DNA from: Bdellovibrionota bacterium
GTDB lineage: Bacteria > Bdellovibrionota_C > UBA2361 > JAAYZI01
Length of the DNA stretch: 64,000 nucleotides
Reading direction: 5' to 3'
Assembly: GCA_050950765.1 (NCBI GenBank)
Contig: JBMNIF010000002.1
Coordinates: 1,152,001 to 1,216,000 of the forward strand
Positions 19,309-31,664 of this stretch are shown here, piece by piece. The position numbers were made by a program, and so were the translations under genes. The notes beneath the pieces are model-generated. The model saw nothing but the letters and a program-made list of their open reading frames with translations, was not told the origin of the DNA and ran no database searches. The first letter of the stretch is position 1, and the number at the start of each line of letters is the position of its first letter.

Positions 19309-20631
19309 ATGGAAGTTGCGATTATTGGTAGCGGTTATGTTGGGCTTGTAGCAGGGGCTTGCTTTGCAGATGCTGGTAATGACGTTATCTGTGTAGATAT
19401 TGATGAGAAAAAGATTGAAAAGCTAAAAAAAGGCGAATCGCCGATCTACGAACCAGGTTTGGAAGATTTTTTACGTCGGAATATCAAGGAAAAAAGGCTA
19501 TCCTTTACCACTTCAATTAAAGATGGTGTTGAGCGTTCTAAGGTGATCTTTATCGCAGTTGGTACGCCACAAGATGAAGATGGTTCGGCTGATCTGACGC
19601 ACGTTTTAGATGTTGCTACTGAGATCGGTCGTTATATTAACGGTTATAAAGTTGTTGTTGATAAGTCGACGGTTCCTGTGGGTACTGCTAAAGCAGTAAA
19701 GGCGAAGATCGCAGAGATGACAGATCATGAATTTGATGTGGTGAGTAATCCCGAGTTTCTGAAGGAGGGAGCTGCGCTGGATGACTTTTTAAAGCCGGAT
19801 CGAGTTGTGATCGGGGTCTCAAGTGAAAAAGCTGAAAAGATTATGCGTGAATTGTATGCGCCGTTTGTTCGCACAAATAATCCGATCTTAGTGATGGATG
19901 TGCCCTCTGCAGAGATGACGAAGTATACTGCCAATGCCATGTTAGCTACACGCATCTCGTTTATGAATGAGATCTCCAATCTCTGTGAAAAAGTTGGGGC
20001 TAACGTTGATTCTGTCAGAGTTGGTATCGGGACTGATTCTAGAATTGGGATGAGCTTTCTCTTTCCAGGAATCGGATATGGTGGGTCTTGTTTTCCGAAA
20101 GATGTGCAAGCTTTGATTAAAACAGCAAAAGATCACGCTTGTGATCTTAGGATCGCACGAGCTGTTGAGGAAACAAATGCAACGCAAAAACGGTTAATAG
20201 TTGATAAAATTGTTAAACATTACGGGAGTGAAAATTTAAGTGGTAAGAAGTTTGCAGTTTGGGGGCTTGCTTTTAAACCGAGGACTGATGATGTCAGAGA
20301 GGCTCCAGCTTTGACGGTTTGCAGACTTTTAATCGGATTAGGAGCACATCTATCAGTTTTTGATCCAGAAGCGATGCAAACATTTCGCACCCGTTTCGGT
20401 GACCATGAGATGCTGACTTATGCTGAAACTAATTACGATACTTTGAAAGATGCAGATGCGTTGATCATATGTACAGAGTGGAGTGCTTTTAGAGCACCCG
20501 CTTTTGATCGCATGAAAGCTTTAATGAAAGCGCCTTTAATCTTTGACGGACGTAATGTTTTTTCACTTGAGAGTATGCGAGGTCAAGGTTTTACATATTA
20601 TTCACTTGGGCGTGAAGTGATTAGAGCTTAA
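19309..20631 (+). CDS. ugd: UDP-glucose 6-dehydrogenase
   Basis: GSGYVGLV, IAVGTP, SNPEFLKEG, GYGGSCFPKD and GLAFKPRTDD. Confidence 0.96.
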   Translation: MEVAIIGSGYVGLVAGACFADAGNDVICVDIDEKKIEKLKKGESPIYEPGLEDFLRRNIKEKRLSFTTSIKDGVERSKVIFIAVGTPQDEDGSADLTHVLDVATEIGRYINGYKVVVDKSTVPVGTAKAVKAKIAEMTDHEFDVVSNPEFLKEGAALDDFLKPDRVVIGVSSEKAEKIMRELYAPFVRTNNPILVMDVPSAEMTKYTANAMLATRISFMNEISNLCEKVGANVDSVRVGIGTDSRIGMSFLFPGIGYGGSCFPKDVQALIKTAKDHACDLRIARAVEETNATQKRLIVDKIVKHYGSENLSGKKFAVWGLAFKPRTDDVREAPALTVCRLLIGLGAHLSVFDPEAMQTFRTRFGDHEMLTYAETNYDTLKDADALIICTEWSAFRAPAFDRMKALMKAPLIFDGRNVFSLESMRGQGFTYYSLGREVIRA

Positions 20632-21770
20632 TGCAGAAGTTTAGTGTGAGTTTAGTGTGTAACTAAAAGATTGTAAGAAGAAAGATTGTGGGGTTTGATT
20701 TTTTAGGTAGGGGTTTCGGAGAGTGTAAGATATTTCGGTGATGTTGACTTATGCTGAAACTAACTATGATACTTTGAAAGATGCAGATGTCTTATATGTG
20801 CAGTGATGTGTGCGGATATGTACAGAGTGGAGTGCTTTTAGAGAGTTTACCTTTGATGACATGAAACCTTTAATGAAAGCGCCTTTAATCTTCAATGGAC
20901 GGAGTGTTTTTTACTTGAGAGTAGGCGTGAGGTAGGGTTTTACATATTATTCACTTGGGCGTGAAGTGATTAGAGCTTAATGCGGAAGTTTAGTGTGAGT
21001 TTAGTGTGTAACTAAAAGATTGTAAGAAGAAAGATTGTGGAGTTTGATTTTTTAGGTAGGGGAGTTCGGAGAGTGTAAGATCTTTCGATGATGTTGACTT
21101 ATGCTGAAACTAACTACGATACTTTGAAAGATGCAGATGTATTATATGTGCAGTGCAGTGATGTGTGCGGATATGTACAGAGTGGAGTGCTTTTAGAGAG
21201 TTTACCTTTGATGGCATGAAACCTTTAATGAAAACGCCTTTAATCTTCAATGAACGGAGTGTTTTTTACTTGAGAGTAGGCGTGAGGTAGGGTTTTACAT
21301 ATTATTCACTTGGGCGTGAAGTGATTAGAGCTTAATGCGGAAGTTTAGTGTGAGTTTAGTGTGTAACTAAAAGATTGTAAGAAGAAAGATTGTGGAGTTT
21401 GATTTTTTAGGTAGGGGAGTTCGGAGAGTGTAAGATCTTTCGATGATGTTGACTTATGCTGAAACTAACTACGATACTTTGAAAGATGCAGATGTATTAT
21501 ATGTGCAGTGCAGTGATGTGTGCGGATATGTACAGAGTGGAGTGCTTTTAGAGAGTTTACCTTTGATGGCATGAAACCTTTAATGAAAACGCCTTTAATC
21601 TTCAATGAACGGAGTGTTTTTTACTTGAGAGTAGGCGTGAGGTAGGGTTTTACATATTATTCACTTGGGCGTGAAGTGATTAGAGCTTAATGCGGAAGTT
21701 TAGTGTGAGTTTAGTGTGTAACTAAAAGATTGTAAGAAGAAAGATTGTGGGGTTTGATTTTTTAGGTAGG
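20409..21770 (+). repeat. Tandem amplification of the ugd 3' end plus downstream spacer (original + 3 degenerate copies, period ~349-355 bp)
   Basis: Copies at 20712-21060, 21061-21415 and 21416-21770; each ends in TTTTTTAGGTAGG. Confidence 0.95.
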
Positions 21771-21781
21771 TAATAACAAAA

Positions 21782-23100
<1,319 letters not shown>

Positions 23101-23879
23101 ATATCAGATCTTCAGAGACTCAGGAGTTATTGCAGAGCTTGGAGCCGGAGGTAGTGATTCATGCGGCGGCGCAGATCTCTGTTACGCGTAGTATGCGTGA
23201 ACCTGTTTTTGATATCAGTGTTAATCTATGTGGATTGTTGAATATCCTTTCAGCTTTTGCAGGGGGGGCGCTACCATTTTTTACCTTTATCTCAACAGGT
23301 GGTGCTATCTACGGAGAGCAGCAAGTGTTTCCGGCAACGGAGTCGCATCCGAACTTGCCGACCAGTGTTTATGGACTTTCAAAGAGGTCTTCTGAGATGT
23401 ATCTGGATCTGTGGGCACGGCAATTTGGGTTAAAGTATGGTGTTTTAAGGTTGTCGAATGTGTATGGGCCACGTCAAGATCCGCATGGTGAAGCTGGGGT
23501 GGTGGCGATCTTTTCGCAGCTGCTCCTTGAGGGGAAGTCCGTAACGATCTTTGGTAGTGGTGAGCAGACTAGGGATTTTGTCTATGTTAAGGATGTAGCT
23601 AGGGCGGTGCGGGAAGTTTCTATGCGTAGGCAAACAGGGACGTATAATATAGGTACCGCTATTGAGACGAGTATAAACGATCTACTTAAAGAGTTCTGTT
23701 CTATTATGCAGTGTGATTTTAATCCGCATTATGTTCCGGCTAGAACGGGTGAACAACTTAGAAGTGTAATAGATCCGAGTTTGGCAAAAAAAACCTTCGG
23801 TTGGGTGCCGGAAAAAACTTTGCGTGATGGACTTGTTGAGACTCTCGAATGGTTTAAGGACGAGAATTAGTTTTTTTCA

Positions 23880-24830
23880 GATTTAAGCTGGACGGCAGGC
23901 TTTGTCACTGGTGGTCGGTTTTGGTGCCACCCTTTAGTTTTGGTAGATTTGGCATTTTTAGCTGGTTTGTCACTGGTGCCACCCTTCAGTTTGGGCAGAT
24001 CTGGCAGATTTGGCTGGGCTTGGCTTTGGTGCCACCCTTCATCAGTGGGTCATTTGGGCAGTTGTCACTGGTGCCACCCTTCAGGATCGCTACTTTGGGT
24101 TGAGATCTGGCTGTCGGCATTTGGTGCCACCCTTCAATTTTGGTGGTTGGTCGGCTTTGGCTGGTCGGATTTGGTGGTCGGATCTGGTGCCACCCTTTAG
24201 GATCGCTGCTTTGGGTTGAGATCTGGCTGTCGGCATTTGGTGCCACCCTCCAATTTTGGTGGTTGGTCGGCTTTGGCTGGTCGGATTTGGTGGTCGGATC
24301 TGGTGCCACCCTTTAGGATCGCTGCTTTGGGTTGAGATCTGGCTGTCGGCATTTGGTGCCACCCTCCAGTTTGGGGCTAGATCTGGCGGCAGGCTTTGGT
24401 GCCACCCTTCATCAGTGGGTCATTTGGGCAGTTGTCACTGGCTGGCTAGATCTGGTGCCACCCTTCAGGATCGCTGCTTTGGGTTGAGATCTGGCTGTCG
24501 GCATTTGGTGCCACCCTTCAATTTTGGTGGTTGGTCGGCTTTGGCTGGTCGGATTTGGTGGTCGGATCTGGTGCCACCCTCCAGTTTGGGCGAATTTGGC
24601 AGCTTTTGGACGGCAGGCTTTGGTGCCACCCTTTAGCTTTACTCTAAGTAAGGCTTCCTGATATGGTCATGAGCAGGTGTCATCCATTAGCGCCGAGTGC
24701 TTTGCAATCAAGGTGTTTTAACTTTAAATTAGTAATAATTAAATAATATTAAGGTACTAACAAAAGCTTAAAATTTAGTTAAAAGTGGGTGTCCTAAAGA
24801 GAAGAAAGTATCTACACTCGAAAGTCAGGA
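23880..24830 (+). repeat. REP-like mosaic array (~14 cores, internal 116-bp periodicity)
   Basis: All TGGTGCCACCC cores share one orientation; higher-order unit at 24069/24185/24301; terminal AT-rich module with GGGTGTCCTA. Confidence 0.93.
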
Positions 24831-24962
24831 GAAATAGTTTTTTTTGTTAAGTGAATGTGTTCTTCAAAAGAGCTGTTCGGCGAGATGGTGCTAAAAATCT
24901 GGAAGGTGAGTCTTTTTATGATTTTAAGGTGTTTTATGATTTTAAAGGTGGCAGTTTAAGTT

Positions 24963-26762
24963 GTGACAACAGATTTAATAAGAAATTTCAGTATTATCGC
25001 ACATATTGATCATGGAAAATCTACTTTAGCCGATCGTATCCTTGAGTTTACAGGTGCTTTGCAAAAACGGGAGATGCAGGTGCAATTTTTGGATCGCTTA
25101 GATTTGGAAAGAGAGCGAGGTATTACGATTAAAGCCCAAACCGTACGTTTAGAATATAAGGCAAAGGATGGAAAAACATATCAATTAAATCTGATCGATA
25201 CTCCAGGACATGTTGATTTTCATTATGAAGTTTCAAGGAGTTTAGCTGCTTGTGAAGGAGCGCTACTCGTGGTTGATGCTGCACAAGGGGTAGAGGCGCA
25301 GACTTTAGCAAATGTATATGTTGCCCTTGAAAATGATCTAGAAATTGTACCTGTCTTAAATAAAGTGGATCTGCCCAGTGCTAATGTTGACGGGGTAAAA
25401 GAAGAGATTGAAAGTATTATCGGGCTTGACGCAGAGCAAGCGTTAATGGTTAGTGCCAAAACGGGGATTGGTATATCGGAGTTGTTAGAGGCGATAGTGC
25501 AGAGGATTCCACCTCCAACGCGTGGTGATTCTGAAGCGCCGTTACGTGCATTAGTGTATGACTCGTGGTTTGATTCATATCTGGGTGTTGTTGTACAGGT
25601 TAGAATCATTGATGGGGTTCTAAAGAAAGGACAAAAAATTCGCTTTATGAGCTCAGGTGTTGATTATGAAGTTTATAAAGTCGGAGTTTATAATCCTCAT
25701 CCACGAGATCTTGATCTTTTGGAAAGGGGAGAAGTCGGATATTTTGCTGCCTCAATTAAACGTTTAAGAGATGTTAAGATCGGAGATACTATTACCAATT
25801 CTGCCGATCCTGCTACGGAACCTCTGGCAGGTTTTAAAGAGATAAAACCGGCGGTTTTCGGTGGAATGTTTCCGACCGATTCCGATGATTATGAAAATCT
25901 ACGTATTGCGCTTGATAAATTGGCTTTAAACGATTCTTCTTTTTCATATGAACCTGAAAGCTCAGTTGCTCTCGGATTCGGTTTCAGGTGCGGTTTTTTA
26001 GGGCTTTTGCACATGGAGGTCGTGCAAGAGAGGTTGGAACGTGAATTTGAACTGGATCTTATCACGACAGCGCCATCAGTTTGCTATAAAGCTGTCTTAG
26101 CAAGTGGTGCGGAAGTCTTTGTTGATAATCCGAGCAAGATGCCGGAAGGGGTGGCTTGGATTGAAGAGCCTTTTGTCTCTGTTACGATTCACGCTCCGCG
26201 AGAATATGTCGGTAATATTTTAAAGTTGTGTGAGGATAAGCGGGGGATGCAAACTTCACTTGCCTTTCACGGAATGAATCGGGCGGTGATAAATTATGAG
26301 ATGCCGTTAAGTGAGATTCTTCTAGATTTTCATGATAAGTTAAAGAGTAGGACTAGAGGGTATGCTTCTTTCGACTATGAGCAGATCGGATATAGGAGGT
26401 CGGATCTGGTTAAGCTTGATATTAAACTTAATGGAGAAGCTGTTGATGCTTTAAGTATTATAGTGCATAAAGACCAAGCTTATTATAAAGGGCGCGATCT
26501 TACGGTTAAACTAAAGGAATTGATTGATCGGCAGATGTTTGAAGTTGCGATTCAAGCGACTATTGGGAATAAGGTAATTGCAAGAACTACTGTCAAAGCT
26601 CTCAGAAAAAATGTGACAGCTAAGTGCTATGGTGGTGATATTTCACGTAAGAGGAAACTCCTTGAAAAACAGAAGCAAGGTAAGAAGCGGATGAAGCAAG
26701 TTGGAAGCGTAGAAATTTCGCAAGAAGCGTTTTTAGCTGTTTTGAAGTTAGATGAAAATTAA
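24963..26762 (+). CDS. lepA: Elongation factor 4 (LepA)
   Basis: [33 protein letters not shown] and [18 protein letters not shown]. Confidence 0.98.
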   Translation: MTTDLIRNFSIIAHIDHGKSTLADRILEFTGALQKREMQVQFLDRLDLERERGITIKAQTVRLEYKAKDGKTYQLNLIDTPGHVDFHYEVSRSLAACEGALLVVDAAQGVEAQTLANVYVALENDLEIVPVLNKVDLPSANVDGVKEEIESIIGLDAEQALMVSAKTGIGISELLEAIVQRIPPPTRGDSEAPLRALVYDSWFDSYLGVVVQVRIIDGVLKKGQKIRFMSSGVDYEVYKVGVYNPHPRDLDLLERGEVGYFAASIKRLRDVKIGDTITNSADPATEPLAGFKEIKPAVFGGMFPTDSDDYENLRIALDKLALNDSSFSYEPESSVALGFGFRCGFLGLLHMEVVQERLEREFELDLITTAPSVCYKAVLASGAEVFVDNPSKMPEGVAWIEEPFVSVTIHAPREYVGNILKLCEDKRGMQTSLAFHGMNRAVINYEMPLSEILLDFHDKLKSRTRGYASFDYEQIGYRRSDLVKLDIKLNGEAVDALSIIVHKDQAYYKGRDLTVKLKELIDRQMFEVAIQATIGNKVIARTTVKALRKNVTAKCYGGDISRKRKLLEKQKQGKKRMKQVGSVEISQEAFLAVLKLDEN

Positions 26763-27425
26763 GTTGGTGCCACCCATTAGTTGGATGAGATTTGTCGATT
26801 TTAGCTGCTTTGTGGTTGGTGCCACCCACCAGTCACCCTTTAGGATTGCTGCTTTGGGTTGAGATCTGGCTGTCGGCATTTGGTGCCACCCTTCAATTTT
26901 GGTAGATTTTGCAGTTTTGTCTGGCTTTGTCATTGGTGCCACCCTTTAGGGACAGCAGGACGGGCTGATACTGAAAAGCGGGGTCGGCTAGATCTTGAGG
27001 GGGGTTAAGAAACTGGTGCCACCCTTTAGGATTGCTGCTTTGGGTTGAGATCTGGCTGTCGGCACGGCATTTGGTGCCACCCACCAGTAAAACGGGATCT
27101 GGCAGGGCGAATTTGGTGCCACCCTTCAGGAGCTAGATCTCAACGGGGGTTAAAAAACTGGGTGTCCTAATTGGCAGCGGTGGCTTTTGGATCTGGTGCC
27201 ACCCTTTAGGGACAATTGGACGGGCTGATACTGCAGAACGGATTGGCTAGGTCTATACGGGGGTTAAAAAACTGGTGCCACCCTTCTTTGTTGAGTGTTT
27301 TGTAATTAAGATATTTGAACTTTAAAATATAATAAATTTAATAATATCAAGATACTGGCGTGATACTTTAAATTTAGTTAAAAGTGAGTGTTCTAAAAAG
27401 AAGAAAATAACTACACTTAGAAGTT
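26763..27425 (+). repeat. REP-like mosaic array (~9 cores)
   Basis: The first core lies ~3 nt after the lepA stop; modules are shared with the 2.8, 24 and 32 kb arrays. Confidence 0.92.
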
Positions 27426-27426
27426 A

Positions 27427-27465
27427 GAAGCTTTTCTGGCTGCTTTGAAATTGGATGAAAATTAA
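27427..27465 (+). repeat. Diverged duplicate of the last 13 codons of lepA (att-like direct repeat)
   Basis: Encodes EAFLAALKLDEN* versus lep[13 protein letters not shown] (26724-26762); 33/39 nt identical. Confidence 0.85.
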
Positions 27466-27615
27466 AAAGAAAATTAAATATTAAGATTAAATATATAGTA
27501 AGGTGATAACGCCTGCTTTGCAGCTGTTAGGGATCATTGATTTGCTATCGCTTAAGAGGTGTTATAGGTTGAGTGAGTTTGTGTTTTGTCTGCTAAAAAG
27601 GGAGGCGTTTAATTT

Positions 27616-28911
27616 ATGATTCCTCGTTATTCAAGTCCTGATATGGACGCTATTTGGAGTGATGAAAATAAGTTTAAGATCTGGCTTGAAGTTGAAACTT
27701 TAGCCTTGGAGCAGATGGTGGAAGAGGGGAAAGCGCCTAAAGAAGCCATTTTAGCGGTTAAGGAAAAAGCTGCTTACGATCCGCAACATATTGCTGAGAT
27801 TGAAGATGAAGTTAAGCACGATGTGATCGCTTTTTTAACAAATGTTGCTGAGCATGTTGGTCCGTATTCTCGTTATCTGCACCGTGGTATGACCTCTAGC
27901 GATCTGCTTGATACCTCTTTTGCTGTGCAGCTCTGTGCAGCTTCTGATCTTTTGCAACGGAGAATTACACACCTTTTAGAGGTCTTGGAAGAAAAAGCAC
28001 AAACGTATCGTCACACCCCCTGTATCGGACGTAGTCACGGCATTCATGCCGAACCTACATCGTTTGGATTAAAAATTATCGGCTGGTATGCTGAAATGAA
28101 ACGGCATCAACGGAGGTTGCAGCAGGCGCGAGAGGAGATTGCAGTTGGTAAAATAGCGGGTGCCGTTGGGACCTATGCTTCTATAACTCCCACTGTTGAA
28201 GCACACGTTATGAAGGCGTTAGGGCTTAAACCGGAAACGGTTGCTACTCAGATTGTACAACGTGACAGGCATGCTGTTTTCTTTTCAACGTTAGCGCAGA
28301 TCGCTACTTCAATAGAGAAGTTTTCTGTCGAGATTCGCCATTTGCAACGTTCGGAAGTGCGTGAAGCTGAAGAATTCTTCTCTAAAAAACAGAAAGGCTC
28401 TTCTGCTATGCCGCATAAACGCAACCCGATCTTGAGTGAAAACCTCTCTGGTTTAGCTAGGTTAGTGCGTGGTTATGCCTTGCCTGCCTTCGAAAATGTT
28501 GCGCTTTGGCATGAACGAGATATTAGTCACAGCTCTGTCGAGCGTGTAATTGCGCCTGATGCTACGGTTGTTCTTGATTTTATGTTGCAACGTTTTACAA
28601 AACTTGTGCAAGGCTTAGTGGTGTATCCAGATCGAATGCTTGAAAATTTAAAATCGAGTAATGGTGTGATCTTTTCAGGGGTTTTATTACTGGATTTAAC
28701 GGATAGGGGAATGTTGAGAGAAGATGCTTACCGTCTGGTACAGAAACACGCTTTAGCAGCATGGGAGGGGGGAGCAGATCTTTGCTCCCGTGTTTTACAA
28801 GATAAAGAGATTACAAGTTTAGTTTCTGAAGAGGATATAAAGGCGATTTTTAGTTTAGATCGTTACTTGGAGCATGTTGATTATATTTTTGAGAGAGCGC
28901 TGGCTTCATAG
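27616..28911 (+). CDS. purB: Adenylosuccinate lyase
   Basis: MIPRYS, KHDVIAF, GRSHGIHAEP and GSSAMPHKRNP. Confidence 0.97.
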   Translation: MIPRYSSPDMDAIWSDENKFKIWLEVETLALEQMVEEGKAPKEAILAVKEKAAYDPQHIAEIEDEVKHDVIAFLTNVAEHVGPYSRYLHRGMTSSDLLDTSFAVQLCAASDLLQRRITHLLEVLEEKAQTYRHTPCIGRSHGIHAEPTSFGLKIIGWYAEMKRHQRRLQQAREEIAVGKIAGAVGTYASITPTVEAHVMKALGLKPETVATQIVQRDRHAVFFSTLAQIATSIEKFSVEIRHLQRSEVREAEEFFSKKQKGSSAMPHKRNPILSENLSGLARLVRGYALPAFENVALWHERDISHSSVERVIAPDATVVLDFMLQRFTKLVQGLVVYPDRMLENLKSSNGVIFSGVLLLDLTDRGMLREDAYRLVQKHALAAWEGGADLCSRVLQDKEITSLVSEEDIKAIFSLDRYLEHVDYIFERALAS

Positions 28912-28974
28912 CTTTTTATGCTCTTAAAAATAAAGACATTTTAAGTTTATAATTCATAAAGCGAGAATAATATA

Positions 28975-29913
28975 ATGACAGAAAAAAAAGTTCTTGGACT
29001 CTTTCCAGGGCAGGGGTCTCAACAAGTTGGTATGGGAAAGGATTTTGTTGAAGCGTTGCCGTTAGCAAAAGATCTTTTTGATGTTGCGGATAAGGCACTT
29101 GGATTCTCTTTGTCAGAGATCTGCTTTGATGGTCCCATTGAAAAGCTTACGGCTACGCAGTTTGTGCAACCTGCTATCTTAACAGTTAGTACTATCTGTT
29201 ATAGAGCTTTTTTGGGTGCGCACCCAGATCTGCAAGTTGTTGCTGCGGCGGGTCATAGTTTAGGAGAGTATTCGGCATTGGTGGCGGCTGAAGCGTTGAC
29301 ATTTGAAGAGGCGGTGCAACTGGTGCATAAACGCGGCAGGTATATGCAGGAAGCGGTGGCGGTCGGAGAGGGGAAAATGGTTGCAGTTCTTGGAAAAGAA
29401 TTGGCAGAGATTGATGATGCTTTAGCGAAAGTTACTGTTGGAAGTTGTGTTCAGATCGCTAATATTAATGCACCAGGGCAAGTTGTGGTATCAGGGGTAC
29501 AAGATGCCGTTAATGAGTTTTTGGAGATCTTAGGAGCTGCTAAAACAGTAGTATTGGCAGTCAGCGCGCCGTTTCATTGTGATTTGATGGAACCTGCTGC
29601 GCAGGAATTGGCAAAAGACCTTGATAAGACGACTATTTCTAAAGCAAAGTTTCCTATCTATTGCAATGTAACTGGTAAGGCAGTTTCCCAGCCTGAAGAG
29701 ATAAGGGAAGCTTTGAAGAAGCAGGTTTGTGGTAGTGTGCGTTGGGTAGAGTGCATGGAAAATGCTTTAAGCGACGTTGCGCCGCAAGAAGCTATTGAGT
29801 TTGGCGCAGGAAGTGTGCTTTGCAATCTTTTAAAAAGGATCAACAAAGAAGTTCCGCGGTATAATGTTGGAAGTTTTGATGCATTGGTGCCACCCACTAC
29901 TTTAGAAGCTTAG
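28975..29913 (+). CDS. fabD: Malonyl-CoA:ACP transacylase
   Basis: FPGQGSQ, GHSLGEYSAL and VSAPFHC. Confidence 0.96.
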   Translation: MTEKKVLGLFPGQGSQQVGMGKDFVEALPLAKDLFDVADKALGFSLSEICFDGPIEKLTATQFVQPAILTVSTICYRAFLGAHPDLQVVAAAGHSLGEYSALVAAEALTFEEAVQLVHKRGRYMQEAVAVGEGKMVAVLGKELAEIDDALAKVTVGSCVQIANINAPGQVVVSGVQDAVNEFLEILGAAKTVVLAVSAPFHCDLMEPAAQELAKDLDKTTISKAKFPIYCNVTGKAVSQPEEIREALKKQVCGSVRWVECMENALSDVAPQEAIEFGAGSVLCNLLKRINKEVPRYNVGSFDALVPPTTLEA

Positions 29914-30087
29914 AATTGAAGGTGATTAAAGCTGGTAAAACTGGTGCCACCCACTAGTGAAGCTTGGTGCTGGACTGGCAAACTGGTGCCACCCTTCAGC
30001 TTTGCTGGCTTTGACGGCTCAGGGGATGAATTTGGTGCCACCCATTAATATTAACCTGCTTTACAAGTAGGACATCCAAACTTTAAA

Positions 30088-31664
30088 CCCTAACTCTTCA
30101 TATTTCAGGAATATATTTCAATAAAAAATTAAATATCCTTTAAAAAAGGTATTGTGCTTTAAAAATATTGGTGTATTATATATTACGTATTGCGTAATAC
30201 GTTAGGAGATATATATCATGACATATCCAGATTGGGTTTTGAAAGAAAAAAAGAAAGGCACTGAGGTAGTTCACAGGAACGGCAAATATTATTTGTATAA
30301 AATAAGTTCTGTGTGGAATAAGGAAAAGGGACGTGCTCAGAAGGTTACCTTAGAATACCTTGGCAGGATAACTGAAGATAAGGGTCTTATTCCCCCTAAA
30401 CGTAGGGGTTCTTACAAAGATGGAGAAGTTTCTGCAAAGGAGTATGGAGCTAGCAAAACACTTTGTGAGTTAGGAAAAGACATATTAAATCGCTTAGAAG
30501 ATAGGTTTCCGAATGATTATCAAAAGATTTTTTCTATTGCTGCTTTAAGAGTAATTGAGCGTTGTCCGTTTAAGGGGATTGATTTTTTGTATGAGAAATC
30601 TTTTTTATCTGAACGCTTCGGAAAGCTTGCTCTATCTTCCTCTAGCATATCAAGGTTTTTAAGGGAGCTAGGTAGCCAGAGACCAAAGTTAGTTGGTTTT
30701 ATGAAAGAGTATGTTTGCGATGTTGATTATCTTTTTTTTGATTTAACAAATATAATAAGTAAATCGGAAAATGTTGAAATAAATAGAGTTGGCTATAACA
30801 GTCATCATGATTTTGATCCTCAAATTGGCTTAATGTATGCTTTTTCAGCGGATGACAGTTCTCCCACTTATTACAGAGTTATTCCTGGAAATATAAGAGA
30901 TGTGAGGGCATTTAAGGGGAGTATAGAAGAGGCTGGTATAAAGGATGCTGTAATAGTTGCAGATAAAGGGTTTGGCTCACAAGAGAATTTTAAGTTATTA
31001 AAAGAAGCTAATTTAAAATATATTGTTCCATTAAGGCGCAATAATTCAAACATAAACAGAGAGATTTTAAGATGTGGAGACAAGTCTAAGTTTGAAAATT
31101 TTTTCTTTCATAATGCTCGTCCTATATGGCCTTACTCATATAAAATAAACGAAGATCGTCTTATTGTTTGTCTTGATGAATCGCTTAAGGCTAGAGAAGA
31201 GACTGATTATCTGCGTAGAGTTCAAGAAAATATAGAAGGCTACACAAAAGAAGGTTTTATCGATAAACAATACCAATTCGGAACGATTACTTTTCAAACG
31301 AACCTCGATTTGCCATGCGACAAGGTATTTTGTTTATATAAGGCAAGAAATGAAATAGAGATGACATTCGATTTTTTAAAAAACCTATTAGAGCAAGATC
31401 GTGTATACTTGCAAGATAAATATGCGATTGAAGCTTGGGCGTTCATAAACCATATTTCACTTATGCTTGTTTATTTGATATATCATAAACTTAAAGAAAG
31501 TGAACTTATTTCTAAATATTCCATTCAAGAATTTATTACACATCTTAAATATATAAGTTATTTAAAAATCGGAGACTCGTGGGTAGTAAGTGAGATTTCA
31601 GGTAAAACACAAAAAATTTTAGAAAAATTAAAAATTCATATTACGCAAACGTGAAGAGTTAGGG
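30088..31664 (+). mobile_element. IS1634-family insertion sequence, copy 1 (1577 bp)
   Basis: 13-bp TIR CCCTAACTCTTCA/TGAAGAGTTAGGG; 6-bp TSD TTTAAA (30082-30087 and 31665-31670). Confidence 0.88.
30218..31654 (+). CDS. DDE transposase (IS1634-like)
   Basis: FDLT, GYNSHHDFDPQ, PGNIRDV, VADKGF and YKARNEIEMTF motifs. Confidence 0.88.
   Translation: MTYPDWVLKEKKKGTEVVHRNGKYYLYKISSVWNKEKGRAQKVTLEYLGRITEDKGLIPPKRRGSYKDGEVSAKEYGASKTLCELGKDILNRLEDRFPNDYQKIFSIAALRVIERCPFKGIDFLYEKSFLSERFGKLALSSSSISRFLRELGSQRPKLVGFMKEYVCDVDYLFFDLTNIISKSENVEINRVGYNSHHDFDPQIGLMYAFSADDSSPTYYRVIPGNIRDVRAFKGSIEEAGIKDAVIVADKGFGSQENFKLLKEANLKYIVPLRRNNSNINREILRCGDKSKFENFFFHNARPIWPYSYKINEDRLIVCLDESLKAREETDYLRRVQENIEGYTKEGFIDKQYQFGTITFQTNLDLPCDKVFCLYKARNEIEMTFDFLKNLLEQDRVYLQDKYAIEAWAFINHISLMLVYLIYHKLKESELISKYSIQEFITHLKYISYLKIGDSWVVSEISGKTQKILEKLKIHITQT

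Noticed and set aside
20409..21770. Gene-end copies (ugd, pgk-like) as DGR template/variable repeats
   Set aside because: Mismatches are not adenine-specific and include indels, there is no reverse transcriptase in the window, and the targets are metabolic-type genes.
23921..24636. Short ORFs rich in LVPPF/WCHP/GGT/GWHQ (also at 26.6-27.1, 32.0, 39.7-40.4, 47.3-48.5 and 52.7-53.3 kb)
   Set aside because: They are translations of the repeat core in different frames, with no RBS or coding signal.
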